Assembly (NCBI GenBank): GCA_027624315.1
Contig: JAQBXX010000004.1
Coordinates: 442-64,441, forward strand
Source: Pseudomonadota bacterium
Lineage (GTDB): Bacteria; Pseudomonadota; Gammaproteobacteria; SURF-13
Reading direction: 5' to 3'
DNA length: 64,000 nucleotides
Numbering within the stretch: the first letter of the stretch is position 1; each line of letters opens with the position of its first letter. The translations under genes and the position numbers were made by a program. Under the pieces are notes generated by a model. That model was not told the DNA's origin and ran no database searches. It saw only the letters and a program-made list of their open reading frames with translations. Positions 10,269 through 20,907 of the stretch are shown one piece after another.

Positions 10269-11221
10269 TGGCCCACGCCGCCAGCGCATACGGTGTGGCG
10301 CAGGCGCTCACTGATGCACGCCTGCGCCTGCGGCATCACGACACCGCCACGCTCGATGCGGCATTGTTGCTGTGTCACGTGCTCGATCAGCCACGCTCAT
10401 TTCTGCACACCCACGTCGGGCAGGCGCTCACTGCCTCCCAATGCGTACAGTTCGAAAATCTCATCGAGCGCCGTGCGTGCGGCGAGCCGGTGGCCTATCT
10501 CACCGGTTCGCGCGGATTCTGGTCGCTGGAGTTGTGTGTGACGCAAGACACACTCATCCCGCGCCCGGAAACGGAGCTGCTGGTCGAGCAGGCGCTGGAG
10601 CGCGTCCCACCGGATGCGGTATGGCGTATCGCCGATCTTGGCACCGGTTCGGGCGCGATTGCACTTTCCATCGCGCATGAGCGTCCGCGCTGCCACATTA
10701 TGGCAACGGATATTTCTGCGGCGGCGCTGGAAATCGCGCGTGCCAACGCTGAGCGGCTGAACATCCGCAACATCGAATTTCGCTTGGGCACGTGGTTTGA
10801 TCCATTGCAAAACGAACGCTTCGATATGATTGTTTCCAACCCGCCTTACGTGAAGAGCGATGATCCGCATTTGATGGATTTGCGTTTTGAGCCGGAGCTT
10901 GCGCTGGTGGCGGGTGTGGATGGGTTGCAGCATTTGCGTGCCATTGCTGAGCGGGCGCGCGAACATTTCACCCTCACCCCAACGGCTTCGCCCCCCTCGC
11001 TTCGCTCTCCCCAAAGGGAGAGGGGGCATTTACGCCCTTCTCCCTCCGGGAGAAGGGCTGGGGATGAGGGAGGCTGGTTGCTGCTGGAACATGGTTATGA
11101 TCAAGGGCGTGAGATGATGCAGATGCTTGCTGATTTCGGCTATACCTGCGTGCAGGATTACGCTGATCTGGCCGGTATGCCGCGCACAACAGTTGCGCAG
11201 TGGGTGGCGCCACATGAATGA
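10268..11221 (+). CDS. prmC: Release factor glutamine methyltransferase with an in-frame repeat insertion
   Basis: LIPRPETE, DLGTGSG, NPPY; extra segment before GGWLLLEHG. Confidence 0.93.
   Translation: MAHAASAYGVAQALTDARLRLRHHDTATLDAALLLCHVLDQPRSFLHTHVGQALTASQCVQFENLIERRACGEPVAYLTGSRGFWSLELCVTQDTLIPRPETELLVEQALERVPPDAVWRIADLGTGSGAIALSIAHERPRCHIMATDISAAALEIARANAERLNIRNIEFRLGTWFDPLQNERFDMIVSNPPYVKSDDPHLMDLRFEPELALVAGVDGLQHLRAIAERAREHFTLTPTASPPSLRSPQRERGHLRPSPSGRRAGDEGGWLLLEHGYDQGREMMQMLADFGYTCVQDYADLAGMPRTTVAQWVAPHE
10971..11070. repeat. CCCTCTCCC-type palindrome inside prmC
   Basis: CCCTCACCCCA...CTCTCCCCAAAGGGAGAG...CCCTTCTCCCTCCGGGAGAAGGG..TGGGGATGAGGG. Confidence 0.8.
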
Positions 11222-11972
11222 CGAGCAACTGCAACGTTACAGCCGCCAGATTTTGTTGCCTCAGGTTGAACTGGAAGGGCAGCAAAAATTGCTGAGTGCA
11301 CGCGTGCTGATTATCGGTCTCGGTGGGTTAGGCTCGCCGCTGGCGATGTATCTCGCCGCCGCCGGTGTCGGCCATTTGGTGATGGCCGATGACGACACTG
11401 TAGATTTATCCAACCTGCAACGCCAGATCATCCATCGTACGCAGGACATCGGGCGCGCAAAAACAGATTCTGCGCGCGCAACATTGAGCGCGCTCAATCC
11501 GTCAGTAAAAATCACCGCCTACAATCATCGCTTGACGGAAGAGGAATTGACGCGCGAAGTCGCACAGGCTGATGTGGTGGCCGACGCGAGCGACAATTTC
11601 GCGACACGCTTCATGCTGAATGCGGTGTGCGTAAAAACCAGAAAGCCATTGGTCTCCGGCGCCGCCATCCGCATGGAGGGGCAGATCGCGGTATTCGATC
11701 ATCGCCGCGATGACAGTCCCTGCTACCGTTGTCTCTATCGCGATGATCCGGGCGCGGACGAAAGCTGTGCACAGTTGGGTGTGCTTGCGCCGCTGCCGGG
11801 CATCATCGGCAGTGTGCAGGCGGTGGAGGTCATCAAGTTATTGTTGAATATCGGCACGCCGCTCAATGGACGCTTGCTGTTACTCGATGCGCTGTCCATG
11901 GAGTGGCGCACGGTGGCGCTGCGCAAAGACCCGCATTGCCCGGTGTGTGCCGCCCGCCCGGTGGAGGGTTAG
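11214..11972 (+). CDS. moeB: MoeB/ThiF-family adenylyltransferase
   Basis: RYSRQ, GLGGLG, SNLQRQ, CYRC and CPVC zinc motifs. Confidence 0.88.
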   Translation: MNDEQLQRYSRQILLPQVELEGQQKLLSARVLIIGLGGLGSPLAMYLAAAGVGHLVMADDDTVDLSNLQRQIIHRTQDIGRAKTDSARATLSALNPSVKITAYNHRLTEEELTREVAQADVVADASDNFATRFMLNAVCVKTRKPLVSGAAIRMEGQIAVFDHRRDDSPCYRCLYRDDPGADESCAQLGVLAPLPGIIGSVQAVEVIKLLLNIGTPLNGRLLLLDALSMEWRTVALRKDPHCPVCAARPVEG

Positions 11973-12194
11973 GCATTTTTCAGGCTTTCCCGCCCAAAAT
12001 GTAAGGCTGTAGTTTCAGTTTGTGCATGTACTGAGCCCTGCCAGTGGGACTCTAAGTTGCTGTGAAACCTATTAAAAATCGGGTTGCACGCGGGCTCGCA
12101 GACGGTTTTATCTGCGGGCGGGCGGCGAACGCGTTAAAATACGTCCGTCTGTAATTCATTCCAATTCCAATCCATTACCGGTGAAGCAATTCTC

Positions 12195-13634
12195 ATGAAC
12201 AGTATTCTCGACACCGCGCAGCGCACCTTGCTGGCGCCCGGCGGCATGGATGAGCGCGCGCTCAGCCGCGTGCTCGATCAGCTTATGCAGCCCGGCATCG
12301 ACAGCGCCGAGCTTTATTTCCAGTTGAACCGCTCCGAGTTGTGGATGCTGGAAGACGGTATCGTCAAGGACGGCAGCCACAATATCGAGCAAGGCGTGGG
12401 CGTGCGCGCGGTGAGCGGCGAGAAAACCGGCTTCGCCTATTCGGATGAAATCGTGTTGCCCGCGCTGACGCAGGCGGCGCACGCCGCGCGTGCCATTGCG
12501 CAGAGCGGGCAGCAGAAAAGTCTACAGGCATGGAATAACGGCGCAGGTCACGCGCTCTACCTGCCGATGGATCCTGTCGCCACGCTTTCCGAAACTGAAA
12601 AAGTAACCCTGATGGAAACGCTCGACAAAGAGGCGCGCAGGCAGGATACGCGTGTGCAGCAGGTTATCGTGAGCCTCGCCGCCGAGCACGACGTGGTATT
12701 GGTGGCAGGCAGTGACGGCACGCTCGCCGCCGACGTGCGCCCGCTGGTGCGGCTGAACGTGAGCGTGATCGTGGAGCAGGACGGCCGGCGTGAGCAAGGC
12801 TCGTCAGGCGGTGGCGGGCGCGTCGGTTACCGGTATTTTCTCGAAGGCGAACGCGGCCTCGGCTACGCGCGCGAGGCGGTGCGGCTGGCGCTGGTCAATC
12901 TCGACGCCGTCGCGGCGCCGGCGGGCACCATGCAGGTGGTGCTCGGCCCCGGCTGGCCGGGCATTTTATTGCACGAGGCAATCGGCCACGGTCTGGAAGG
13001 CGACTTCAACCGCAAGGGCAGTTCCGCGTTCGCCGGGCGCATCGGCGAGCGTGTCGCGTCCGAGCAATGCACGGTGGTGGACGACGGCACGCTCGCCCAC
13101 CGGCGCGGCTCGCTCAACGTGGACGATGAAGGCACGCCCACGCAGTGCACGGTGCTGATCGAAAACGGCATCCTCAAGGGTTACATTCAGGACAAACTCA
13201 ACGCGCGCTTGATGGGCGTCGCGCCCACCGGCAACGGGCGGCGCGAATCGTACGCGCATCTGCCCATGCCGCGCATGACCAACACCTACATGCGCGCGGG
13301 AAAATATGCGCCGGAAGAAATTATCGCTTCGGTGGAGAAAGGCTTGTACGCCGTCAACTTCGGCGGCGGGCAGGTGGACATCACCTCCGGCAAATTCGTG
13401 TTTTCCGCGAGCGAGGCGTATCTGATCGAGAAAGGAAAAATCACGCGTCCGGTAAAGGGCGCGACCTTGATCGGCAACGGCCCCGACGTGCTCACGCGCG
13501 TCGCCATGGTCGGCAACGATTTGAAGCTCGATAGCGGCGTCGGCACCTGCGGCAAGGAGGGCCAGAGCGTGCCGGTGGGCGTCGGCCAGCCGACGCTGCG
13601 GATTGATGGCTTAACGGTGGGCGGCACCGCGTAG
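12195..13634 (+). CDS. tldD: Metalloprotease TldD
   Basis: [32 protein letters not shown]. Confidence 0.96.
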   Translation: MNSILDTAQRTLLAPGGMDERALSRVLDQLMQPGIDSAELYFQLNRSELWMLEDGIVKDGSHNIEQGVGVRAVSGEKTGFAYSDEIVLPALTQAAHAARAIAQSGQQKSLQAWNNGAGHALYLPMDPVATLSETEKVTLMETLDKEARRQDTRVQQVIVSLAAEHDVVLVAGSDGTLAADVRPLVRLNVSVIVEQDGRREQGSSGGGGRVGYRYFLEGERGLGYAREAVRLALVNLDAVAAPAGTMQVVLGPGWPGILLHEAIGHGLEGDFNRKGSSAFAGRIGERVASEQCTVVDDGTLAHRRGSLNVDDEGTPTQCTVLIENGILKGYIQDKLNARLMGVAPTGNGRRESYAHLPMPRMTNTYMRAGKYAPEEIIASVEKGLYAVNFGGGQVDITSGKFVFSASEAYLIEKGKITRPVKGATLIGNGPDVLTRVAMVGNDLKLDSGVGTCGKEGQSVPVGVGQPTLRIDGLTVGGTA

Positions 13635-13645
13635 CGGCGACTAGA

Positions 13646-14548
13646 CTAGCTCACCAGCATTTCCAGCAGTGCCTTCTGCGCGTGCAGGCGATTTTCCGCT
13701 TCATCCCACACCACGCTTTGCGGGCCGTCGATCACGTCAGCGCTCACTTCTTCGCCGCGGTGCGCGGGCAAACAGTGCATGAACAGCGCGTCCGGTTTGG
13801 CGAGCGCCATGAGAGGTGTATTGACTTGATACTGCGCGAAGTCGCGCAGGCGCGCGGCCTGCTCCTGCTCCTGTCCCATGCTCGCCCACACATCGGTCGT
13901 CACCAGATCGGCGTCCCACACTGCATCTTGTGGCTTGTGTGTGAGCGTGGCATGGCCTGCAGAGGCCTTGAGCAGCGCGCTGTCCGGTTCGTAACCGGAT
14001 GGCGTGGAGATACGCAGCTCAAATTCAAACAGGCGCGCGGCTTCGATGTAAGAGTTGCACATGTTGTTGCCGTCGCCCACCCACGCCACGGTCTTGCCTT
14101 TGATGGCGCCGCGCTGTTCGACATAGGTCTGCAAGTCGGCAAGCAATTGGCACGGGTGATACTTATCGGTGAGCGCGTTGATGACGGGCACCGTGGAGTG
14201 CGCTGCAAAACGTTCAAGTTTTTCATGCTCGAAGGTGCGCACTACGATCACGTCCGACATGCGCGACAATACGCGTGCCGTGTCTTCCACCGGTTCGCCG
14301 CGCCCGAGCTGCGTGTCGCGCGGCGAGAGAAAGATCGCGCCGCCGCCGCACTGGATCATCGCGCTCTCGAACGACACGCGCGTGCGCGTGGAGGATTTCT
14401 CGAACAGCATGGCGAGCACTTTATTCTTGAGCGGTTCGTGGCGCAGGCCTTCACGCCGCATGGCCTTGAGTTCAATCGCGCGCGCCAGCACCCGCTCGAG
14501 TTCGGCCGGTGTGAAATCGCTCAGGGTGAGAAAGTGGCGTACGCTCAT
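13646..14548 (-). CDS. argF: Ornithine carbamoyltransferase
   Basis: SSTRTR, HPCQ, HCLP motifs. Confidence 0.96.
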   Translation of the reverse strand: MSVRHFLTLSDFTPAELERVLARAIELKAMRREGLRHEPLKNKVLAMLFEKSSTRTRVSFESAMIQCGGGAIFLSPRDTQLGRGEPVEDTARVLSRMSDVIVVRTFEHEKLERFAAHSTVPVINALTDKYHPCQLLADLQTYVEQRGAIKGKTVAWVGDGNNMCNSYIEAARLFEFELRISTPSGYEPDSALLKASAGHATLTHKPQDAVWDADLVTTDVWASMGQEQEQAARLRDFAQYQVNTPLMALAKPDALFMHCLPAHRGEEVSADVIDGPQSVVWDEAENRLHAQKALLEMLVS

Positions 14549-14561
14549 GCTGGCTCCGGGG

Positions 14562-15740
14562 TCAGGCGGCCTTCACAAAGGCATTGACCAGCGCGGCCAC
14601 GCTGCGCGCAATCTGGCCGGCCTCGGCGTCATTGATGATGAGCGGCGGCAGCAGGCGGATGACGCGCTCGGCGGTGACGTTGATGAGCAGGCCTTGTGCC
14701 AGCGCAAGTTTGACCAGTTCGGTGCACGGATGAGCAAGCTCGATGGCGATCATGAGGCCGTGGCTGCGGATGTCGGCCACATTGTTATTGCCTGCGAGCA
14801 ACTGTGCCAGTTCCGTGTGGATGCGTTTGCCGAGCAGGGCCGCGCGCGCCGCGAGGTTTTCGTTTTCCATGGTTTTGATGACGGCGAGCGCCGCCGCGCA
14901 CACCAGCGGATTGCCGCCGAAGGTGGTGGCATGACTGCCGGGTTGGAACAGCTCCGCCGCCGCGCCGTGTGCGAGACAGGCGCCGATGGGCACGCCGTTG
15001 CCGAGCGCCTTGGCGAGCGTCATCACGTCCGGCATGATGCCGCTGTGCTGAAACGCAAACCACTTGCCGGTGCGGCACATCCCGGTCTGCACCTCGTCCA
15101 GCATCATGAGCCAGCCGTGCTCGTCGCACAACGCGCGCACACCTGGGAGATATTCCGCGTCTGGCACGTTAACGCCACCTTCACCCTGCACCGGCTCCAC
15201 CAGTACCGCCACGATGTTTGAATTTTTACCCGCGACGGCGGCGATGGTGGCGAGATCGTTGAACGGCACGCGCACGAAGCCCTGCACCTGCGGTTCGAAG
15301 CCCTGTTTTATTTTTGCGTTGCCGGTGGCAGCGAGCGTGGCCAGCGTGCGCCCGTGAAAGCTGCCCTCCATTACAATGATGGTCGGCAGCTCGATATTTT
15401 TGCGATGGCCGTGCAGGCGCGCGAGTTTGATCGCGGCCTCGTTGGCCTCCGCGCCGGAGTTGCAGAAAAACACCTTGTCCATACCCGACAGGCGCGCGAG
15501 CTGCGTGCCGAGCTCTTCCTGTTCTGCGATGCGAAAAACATTGGTGACATGCAGCAGACGGCTGGCCTGCGCGCACAGCGCCTGCGCCACCGCCGGGTGC
15601 GCATGACCCAGATTGCACACGGCAAGGCCGGCAAAGGCGTCGAGATATTTGCGCCCTTCCGTATCCCACAGCCACGCGCCCTCGCCACGCTCGAACGTGA
15701 CCGGAAGACGGTTGTGTGTATGCATCAGGCTATGGTCCAT
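14562..15740 (-). CDS. argD: Acetylornithine aminotransferase
   Basis: [27 protein letters not shown]; adjacent to argF. Confidence 0.92.
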   Translation of the reverse strand: MDHSLMHTHNRLPVTFERGEGAWLWDTEGRKYLDAFAGLAVCNLGHAHPAVAQALCAQASRLLHVTNVFRIAEQEELGTQLARLSGMDKVFFCNSGAEANEAAIKLARLHGHRKNIELPTIIVMEGSFHGRTLATLAATGNAKIKQGFEPQVQGFVRVPFNDLATIAAVAGKNSNIVAVLVEPVQGEGGVNVPDAEYLPGVRALCDEHGWLMMLDEVQTGMCRTGKWFAFQHSGIMPDVMTLAKALGNGVPIGACLAHGAAAELFQPGSHATTFGGNPLVCAAALAVIKTMENENLAARAALLGKRIHTELAQLLAGNNNVADIRSHGLMIAIELAHPCTELVKLALAQGLLINVTAERVIRLLPPLIINDAEAGQIARSVAALVNAFVKAA

Positions 15741-15770
15741 GATTACGGGTAAAGAGTGCCCTAAAGCCAA

Positions 15771-15805
15771 AAACAAAAAGGCAGCCCCACCTTCGTGGGG
15801 CCGCC
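15771..15805 (-). terminator. Intrinsic terminator-like hairpin
   Basis: Minus strand GGCGGCCCCAC-GAAG-GTGGGGCTGCC followed by TTTTTGTTTTT. Confidence 0.6.
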
Positions 15806-15869
15806 GTGACAAAGAACATTCTAGCGCCTATGGCGCGTCAGGAAAAGCTGTTTTGACAACGGTGGGGCA

Positions 15870-16373
15870 TCAGCCAAACAAAGCCACGCCATGCGCGGAA
15901 GTGCCCATGAACAGCAGCATGGGAATCGACAACGCGGTGTTGACGCGCGAGGTGAGGAACGCCACGCGGCGCGCCGTGGCCTTTTCCGCATCGGTCGCGG
16001 GTTTCAGGCCCAGCACCTTTTTCTGGTTGGGCCAGATCACACCCCATACGAGCAGCAGCATAATAGTACCGAGCCACGCGCCGATGCCGATGATCACGTC
16101 ATTGCCCTGCAAGGTAAAGGCCGATACAAAATCCGGGCCGAGCAAGGCCGCGCCTGCGAGCCATGTGACCAGCGCCGCCCAGCGGAACCAGAACAGTGCC
16201 CGCGGCAATACGTATTTGGCGATACCCGCGCTGCCCGGGCCGCCATGGTCGGCATTGGCCGCTGCCATCGCGGGTGCCTGCACCAGGTTGAAATAATAGA
16301 GCAGGCCGATCCAGGTAATGCCCGCCAGGAAATGTATCCAGCGTGCGATGAGCGGTACCCATTCGTTTTCCAT
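15870..16373 (-). CDS. Four-TM membrane protein, PuuD (urate hydroxylase)-like family
   Basis: RWIHFLAGITWIGLLYYFN, WFRWAA, SRVNTALSIPML. Confidence 0.7.
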   Translation of the reverse strand: MENEWVPLIARWIHFLAGITWIGLLYYFNLVQAPAMAAANADHGGPGSAGIAKYVLPRALFWFRWAALVTWLAGAALLGPDFVSAFTLQGNDVIIGIGAWLGTIMLLLVWGVIWPNQKKVLGLKPATDAEKATARRVAFLTSRVNTALSIPMLLFMGTSAHGVALFG

Positions 16374-16601
16374 AATTTTATTCCTCTTGTTGGTGGGCGC
16401 TACAGTGAATGCTATACGAGGACATTGGCGATGAGCTCCAGAATCACCGTCAGCACCAAGCCTGATATAATCGTTCCTGCAATCGAATCAAGCGGATTTT
16501 TCATACATTTTTATCCTCATAGGATTGAGAACAACAGATGGGGGCAAGCCCAAAGAGTAAGGCAGTGCGCCTGACAATGCAACAGACAAAGTCCCCAAGC
16601 C

Positions 16602-18374
16602 GTGTGCGGCATTAGCGGCGAACTGCGTTTCGACGGGAGCGCGCCCGCGCGTGCGACGCTGACGCGCATGACGCAGCGGCTTGCGCGCCGTGGGCCGGAC
16701 GATGAAGGACTCTATTTTGACGGTCCGCTCGCCTTTGGGCAGCGGCGGCTTGCCGTCATCGACCTCTCCGCGCGCTCGCATCAGCCGATGGTGGATAAGG
16801 AGCTGCATCTCAGCATCGTCTTCAACGGCACGATATACAATTACGAATCACTGCGCACGGAATTGCAGGCGCAGGGCTACACCTTTTTTTCCGGTGGCGA
16901 CACCGAGGTGATACTCAAGGCCTATGCCGCGTGGGGCGAGCGTTGCGTGGAGCGCCTGCACGGCATGTTCGCCTTTGCCGTGTGGGACAGTAAAAAACAA
17001 ATGCTGTTTCTGGCGCGCGACCGCTTAGGGATAAAGCCGCTGTATTACGCGCAGCATAACAATCATTTCCGCTTCGCCTCCACGCCGCAGGCGCTGCTCG
17101 CGGCGGGCGAGGTGGATACGCGCATCGACCCCGTCGCGCTGCATCACCAGCTTACCTTGCACGCGGTAGTGCCCGCGCCGCACACCATACTGCAAGGCAT
17201 ACGCAAACTCGCACCCGCCACCACAATGACGCTGGATACGCGCGGCGGCATCACCACGCGCCGCTATTGGCAGCTCAACGCGCAACGTCCGGTGCAGGAA
17301 AAATCCGAGCAGGAATGGATAGAAGCGGTGCATCAAAGCCTGCGCGCGGCAGTGGAAAAGCGGCGCATGGTGGCCGATGTGCCGGTCGGCGTGCTGCTCT
17401 CCGGTGGCCTCGATTCCAGTTTGATCGTCGCACTGCTGGCGGAGTCCGGGCAGAAAAACCTGCTCACCTTTTCCATCGGCTTTGAAGATGTCGGCGGGGA
17501 AAAGGGCGGCGAATTTGAGTACTCCGATCAGGTCGCCGCGCGTTACGCGACCCAACATCAGCGCATTCTCATTCCCAACCGCGATGTACTCTCGCGCCTG
17601 CCGGAGTGTGTGCGCAACATGAGCGAGCCGATGGTGGCGCAGGATGCCGTCGCGTTTTATCTGCTCGCCGAGCGCGTATCAAAACACGTCAAGGTAGTGC
17701 AGAGCGGACAGGGCGCGGACGAGGTGTTTGGCGGTTATTTCTGGTATCCGCTCATGCAACAGGAATCAGGCAGCGATCTGGAGCGTTTTCAAAAACACTA
17801 TTTTGATCGCAGCCATGACGAATTTCTGGAAACGGTGAGTGCCGAATATCACGGCGCGGACCACACCTCACAACTCATCGAAACACTGCTCTCCGCACCC
17901 AGTGCCGACGCCTTTCTGGATCGGGTGCTGCGCATGGATGTGACCACGCTCATTGTGGATGATCCGGTAAAGCGCGTGGACAACATGACCATGGCCTGGG
18001 GGCTGGAGGCGCGCGTGCCGTTTCTCGATCACGAATTGGTGGAGCTGGCCGCGAGCATGCCGCCGGAACTGAAACTGAAAAGCCACGGCAAACATCCCTT
18101 GAAAACCATCGCGCGCGGCCTGCTGCCCGACGCCGTGATTGATCGCCCCAAGGGCTACTTCCCCATGCCCGCGCTCAAATACGTGCGCGGTGAATTTCTG
18201 GGCTTCATGCGCGAGGTGCTGAACTCCGAGGCGTGCCGCAGGCGCGGCCTGTTCCGGCGCGGGTACGTGGAAAAATTATTGGCCGCCCCGGAAAAATACA
18301 TGACGCCGCTCAACGGCAGCAAGCTGTGGCACCTCGCGCTGCTGGAGTATTGGCTACAGTTGCACGTGGATTGA
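16602..18374 (+). CDS. AsnB-family amidotransferase, N-acetylglutaminylglutamine amidotransferase type
   Basis: N-terminal MCGISGELRFDG, LSGGLDSS, GQGADE, RVDNMTMAWGLEARVPFLD; GTG start. Confidence 0.9.
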   Translation: MCGISGELRFDGSAPARATLTRMTQRLARRGPDDEGLYFDGPLAFGQRRLAVIDLSARSHQPMVDKELHLSIVFNGTIYNYESLRTELQAQGYTFFSGGDTEVILKAYAAWGERCVERLHGMFAFAVWDSKKQMLFLARDRLGIKPLYYAQHNNHFRFASTPQALLAAGEVDTRIDPVALHHQLTLHAVVPAPHTILQGIRKLAPATTMTLDTRGGITTRRYWQLNAQRPVQEKSEQEWIEAVHQSLRAAVEKRRMVADVPVGVLLSGGLDSSLIVALLAESGQKNLLTFSIGFEDVGGEKGGEFEYSDQVAARYATQHQRILIPNRDVLSRLPECVRNMSEPMVAQDAVAFYLLAERVSKHVKVVQSGQGADEVFGGYFWYPLMQQESGSDLERFQKHYFDRSHDEFLETVSAEYHGADHTSQLIETLLSAPSADAFLDRVLRMDVTTLIVDDPVKRVDNMTMAWGLEARVPFLDHELVELAASMPPELKLKSHGKHPLKTIARGLLPDAVIDRPKGYFPMPALKYVRGEFLGFMREVLNSEACRRRGLFRRGYVEKLLAAPEKYMTPLNGSKLWHLALLEYWLQLHVD

Positions 18375-18469
18375 GTCAATGTTACTCCCCTTGCAAACCG
18401 GGAGGAATCCATCATTGCCCCCGCCCCACACCGACGTCGCGCAGCGCCGCCTCATCGGGTCCGCGGCCC

Positions 18470-18871
18470 GCGCAGCAGTTGAAGGATTTGCTGGTGGGGC
18501 AAATACTGTGGGTGAGCTTCACGCAACTGCCGCCGGTAGCAGTGCTCAGCGCGGTCATACTGATGCTGTGGTTCGGCTTTGGCAAGCGCCTCGGCAGGCT
18601 GGGATTTTATTCCATGTTTGCCTGTGCGGTGACAGCGTCGGTGCAACTGGTCGGCGTGTATCTGGTGTTCGCCAGCCTGATTATTCCGGCGCTCGCCACG
18701 CGCCATTATGCGCCGCGCTGGCGGTTGTACGCAGGGTACGCCCTGGGCGCACTGGGCTATGCGCTGGGCTTGCTGGTCTCGGCGTTGTTCGATCTGCCGT
18801 CCGGCGCCGTGATTGTGTGGAGCCTGGCCCTGCTTGGCGTGTTGACGTATGCCGCGCAGGCGCGGCGCTGA
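18470..18871 (+). pseudogene. 3' half of a metal ABC transporter permease (ZnuB/MntB-like), 5' half absent
   Basis: LKDLLVGQILWV...VQLVGVYLVFASLIIPA...DLPSGAVIV with no upstream TM segments or ATG; left boundary approximate. Confidence 0.6.
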
Positions 18872-18890
18872 TTTGTTATCATTTCCACGG

Positions 18891-19934
18891 ATGAGCGCAC
18901 TACTCGAACTGCACGACATTGAATGCCGCTACCAGGCTCACACTGCGGTGCATGGGCTGTCGCTGCGTGTGCAGCAGGGCGAGCTGGTGTGTCTGCTCGG
19001 CCCCTCCGGCTGCGGCAAGACCACGGTGCTGCGCGCCGTGGCGGGCTTCGAGCCGCTGGTGCAGGGCGAGATCATCCTCAGCGGCCACAGCATCTCGCGC
19101 CCCGGTTTTTCGCTGCCGCCGGAGCAGCGCCAGATGGGCATGGTGTTTCAGGAGTACGCGCTGTTTCCGCACCTGAACGTCACCGATAACATCTGCTTCG
19201 GCCTGCGCGGCCTCACGCGCAAGGCGCGCGGCAACATGGCGATTCATCTGCTGGAGGTGGTCGGGCTCGAAGGGCTCGGGCATCGCTACCCGCACGAACT
19301 TTCCGGCGGCCAGCAGCAGCGCGTGGCGCTGGCGCGTGCGCTCGCGCCGCAGCCCGCGCTGATTCTGCTCGACGAGCCGTTCTCGAATCTCGACGTCGAT
19401 CTGCGTGAGCGCCTGAGCCAGGAGGTGCGCGCCATTCTCAAGGGGCAGGGCAGCACCGCGATTCTCGTCACCCACGATCAGCACGAGGCCTTCGCCTGGG
19501 GCGACCTGATCGGCGTGATGGCGGAAGGAAAAATCTTGCAGTGGGATACGCCCTACAATCTCTACCACGAACCCGCGAACCGTTTCGTCGCCGACTTCAT
19601 CGGCCAGGGCGTGCTCATGCGCGGCACGCTGCTCACGCCCGACACGGTGCAGACCGAGGTGGGCGCGATCAAGGGCAACCGCGCCTATCCGTGGCCGCAG
19701 GGCACGCCGGTAGAGGTGTTGCTGCGCCCGGACGACATCGTGCACGACGACGCCTCGGCATTGCGCGCCGAGGTATTGCACAAGGCATTCAAGGGCGCCG
19801 AGATCATGTACACGCTGCGCCTGCCCACCGGCGCGAAGGTGCTGTCACTGTTCCCCAGCCACCACGACCACGCCATCGGCGAGCAGGTGGGTATCCGTTA
19901 CGACGTCGACCACATGGTGGCGTTTCGCAGTTGA
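18891..19934 (+). CDS. ABC transporter ATP-binding protein, FbpC/PotA class
   Basis: [28 protein letters not shown]-terminal TOBE-like region. Confidence 0.92.
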   Translation: MSALLELHDIECRYQAHTAVHGLSLRVQQGELVCLLGPSGCGKTTVLRAVAGFEPLVQGEIILSGHSISRPGFSLPPEQRQMGMVFQEYALFPHLNVTDNICFGLRGLTRKARGNMAIHLLEVVGLEGLGHRYPHELSGGQQQRVALARALAPQPALILLDEPFSNLDVDLRERLSQEVRAILKGQGSTAILVTHDQHEAFAWGDLIGVMAEGKILQWDTPYNLYHEPANRFVADFIGQGVLMRGTLLTPDTVQTEVGAIKGNRAYPWPQGTPVEVLLRPDDIVHDDASALRAEVLHKAFKGAEIMYTLRLPTGAKVLSLFPSHHDHAIGEQVGIRYDVDHMVAFRS

Positions 19935-19942
19935 TGCAATAT

Positions 19943-20012
19943 GTAGGTCGGATCAAGCGCAGCGGATCCGACGAAACTGTGTCGGCTCCGCCTCCGGCTT
20001 GAGCCGACCTAC
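19943..20012. repeat. GTAG-type REP doublet
   Basis: GTAGGTCGGATCAAGCGCAGCGGATCCGAC ... GTCGGCTCCGCCTCCGGCTTGAGCCGACCTAC; same family as 41960-42030. Confidence 0.8.
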
Positions 20013-20093
20013 TTAACTGCGCTTCGCTCCGCCCGGAATGACGAATTAATCGGAGCTTCCCTGGTGCGAATGGCCCTGACTAGAAATAGCAGC

Positions 20094-20816
20094 TTAAGCC
20101 CCGCTGTCCTCGTGTAATTCCTTTTCGATCTGTTCCAGGCTGATGTGGCGCACGTCCTTGCCCTTCACCAGATAGATCACATATTCGCAGATGTTGCGGG
20201 CGTGGTCGCCGATGCGCTCCAGCGCGCGCGCGGCCCAGATTACGTTCAGCGCACGCGAGATGGTGCGCGGGTCTTCCATCATGAAGGTGATCATCTGGCG
20301 CATCAGGCCGTCGTATTCCTTGTCCACTTGCAGGTCTTCGCGCGCCACGCGCAGCGCGGCATCGGTGTCGAGGCGCGCGAAGGCGTCGAGCGCGTCGTGC
20401 ACCATGCTGCGCACGTGGTTGCCGAGGTACTGTATTTCCATGTAGTTGTTCTTGGGGCGCTCTTCATCCGCGAGCCGCACCGCCATGCGCGCGATCTTTT
20501 CCGCCTCGTCGCCGATGCGCTCCAGATCGCTGATGGTCTTGATGACCGCCATCACCAGGCGCAGGTCACTTGCCGCAGGCTGGCGGCGCGCGATGATCTG
20601 GTTGCACTCCTCGTCGATAGCGACTTCCATGCGGTTGACTTCGTAGTCTTGCGTGGCGACGTGGTTGGCAAGGTCCAGATCACCGTTGACCAGGGCTTGC
20701 AGGGCCTGGTCGATATGCTGTTCGACCAGGCCGCCCATGGCGAGTACGCGCGTGCGGATGTCCTCCAGCTCGGCGTTGTACTGACGTGAAATATGGCTGT
20801 GTATGTTGGATTTCAT
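20094..20816 (-). CDS. phoU: Phosphate signalling protein PhoU
   Basis: DLERIGDEA, ALERIGDHARNICE. Confidence 0.96.
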   Translation of the reverse strand: MKSNIHSHISRQYNAELEDIRTRVLAMGGLVEQHIDQALQALVNGDLDLANHVATQDYEVNRMEVAIDEECNQIIARRQPAASDLRLVMAVIKTISDLERIGDEAEKIARMAVRLADEERPKNNYMEIQYLGNHVRSMVHDALDAFARLDTDAALRVAREDLQVDKEYDGLMRQMITFMMEDPRTISRALNVIWAARALERIGDHARNICEYVIYLVKGKDVRHISLEQIEKELHEDSGA

Positions 20817-20907
20817 TTTAGTGTTCCTGTTTGCCTGTTCCGCTTTATGGCGCGATCAGAAGCCCGGCGCTGCCATCCATGGCGTGGCGTTTGGCCGCTT
20901 CGCGGCC

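Noticed and set aside
18870-18890. Possible Fur box before the FbpC-like ATPase (GATTTGTTATCATTTC)
   Set aside because: Only a partial match to the 19-bp consensus, and there is no room for a clear promoter.
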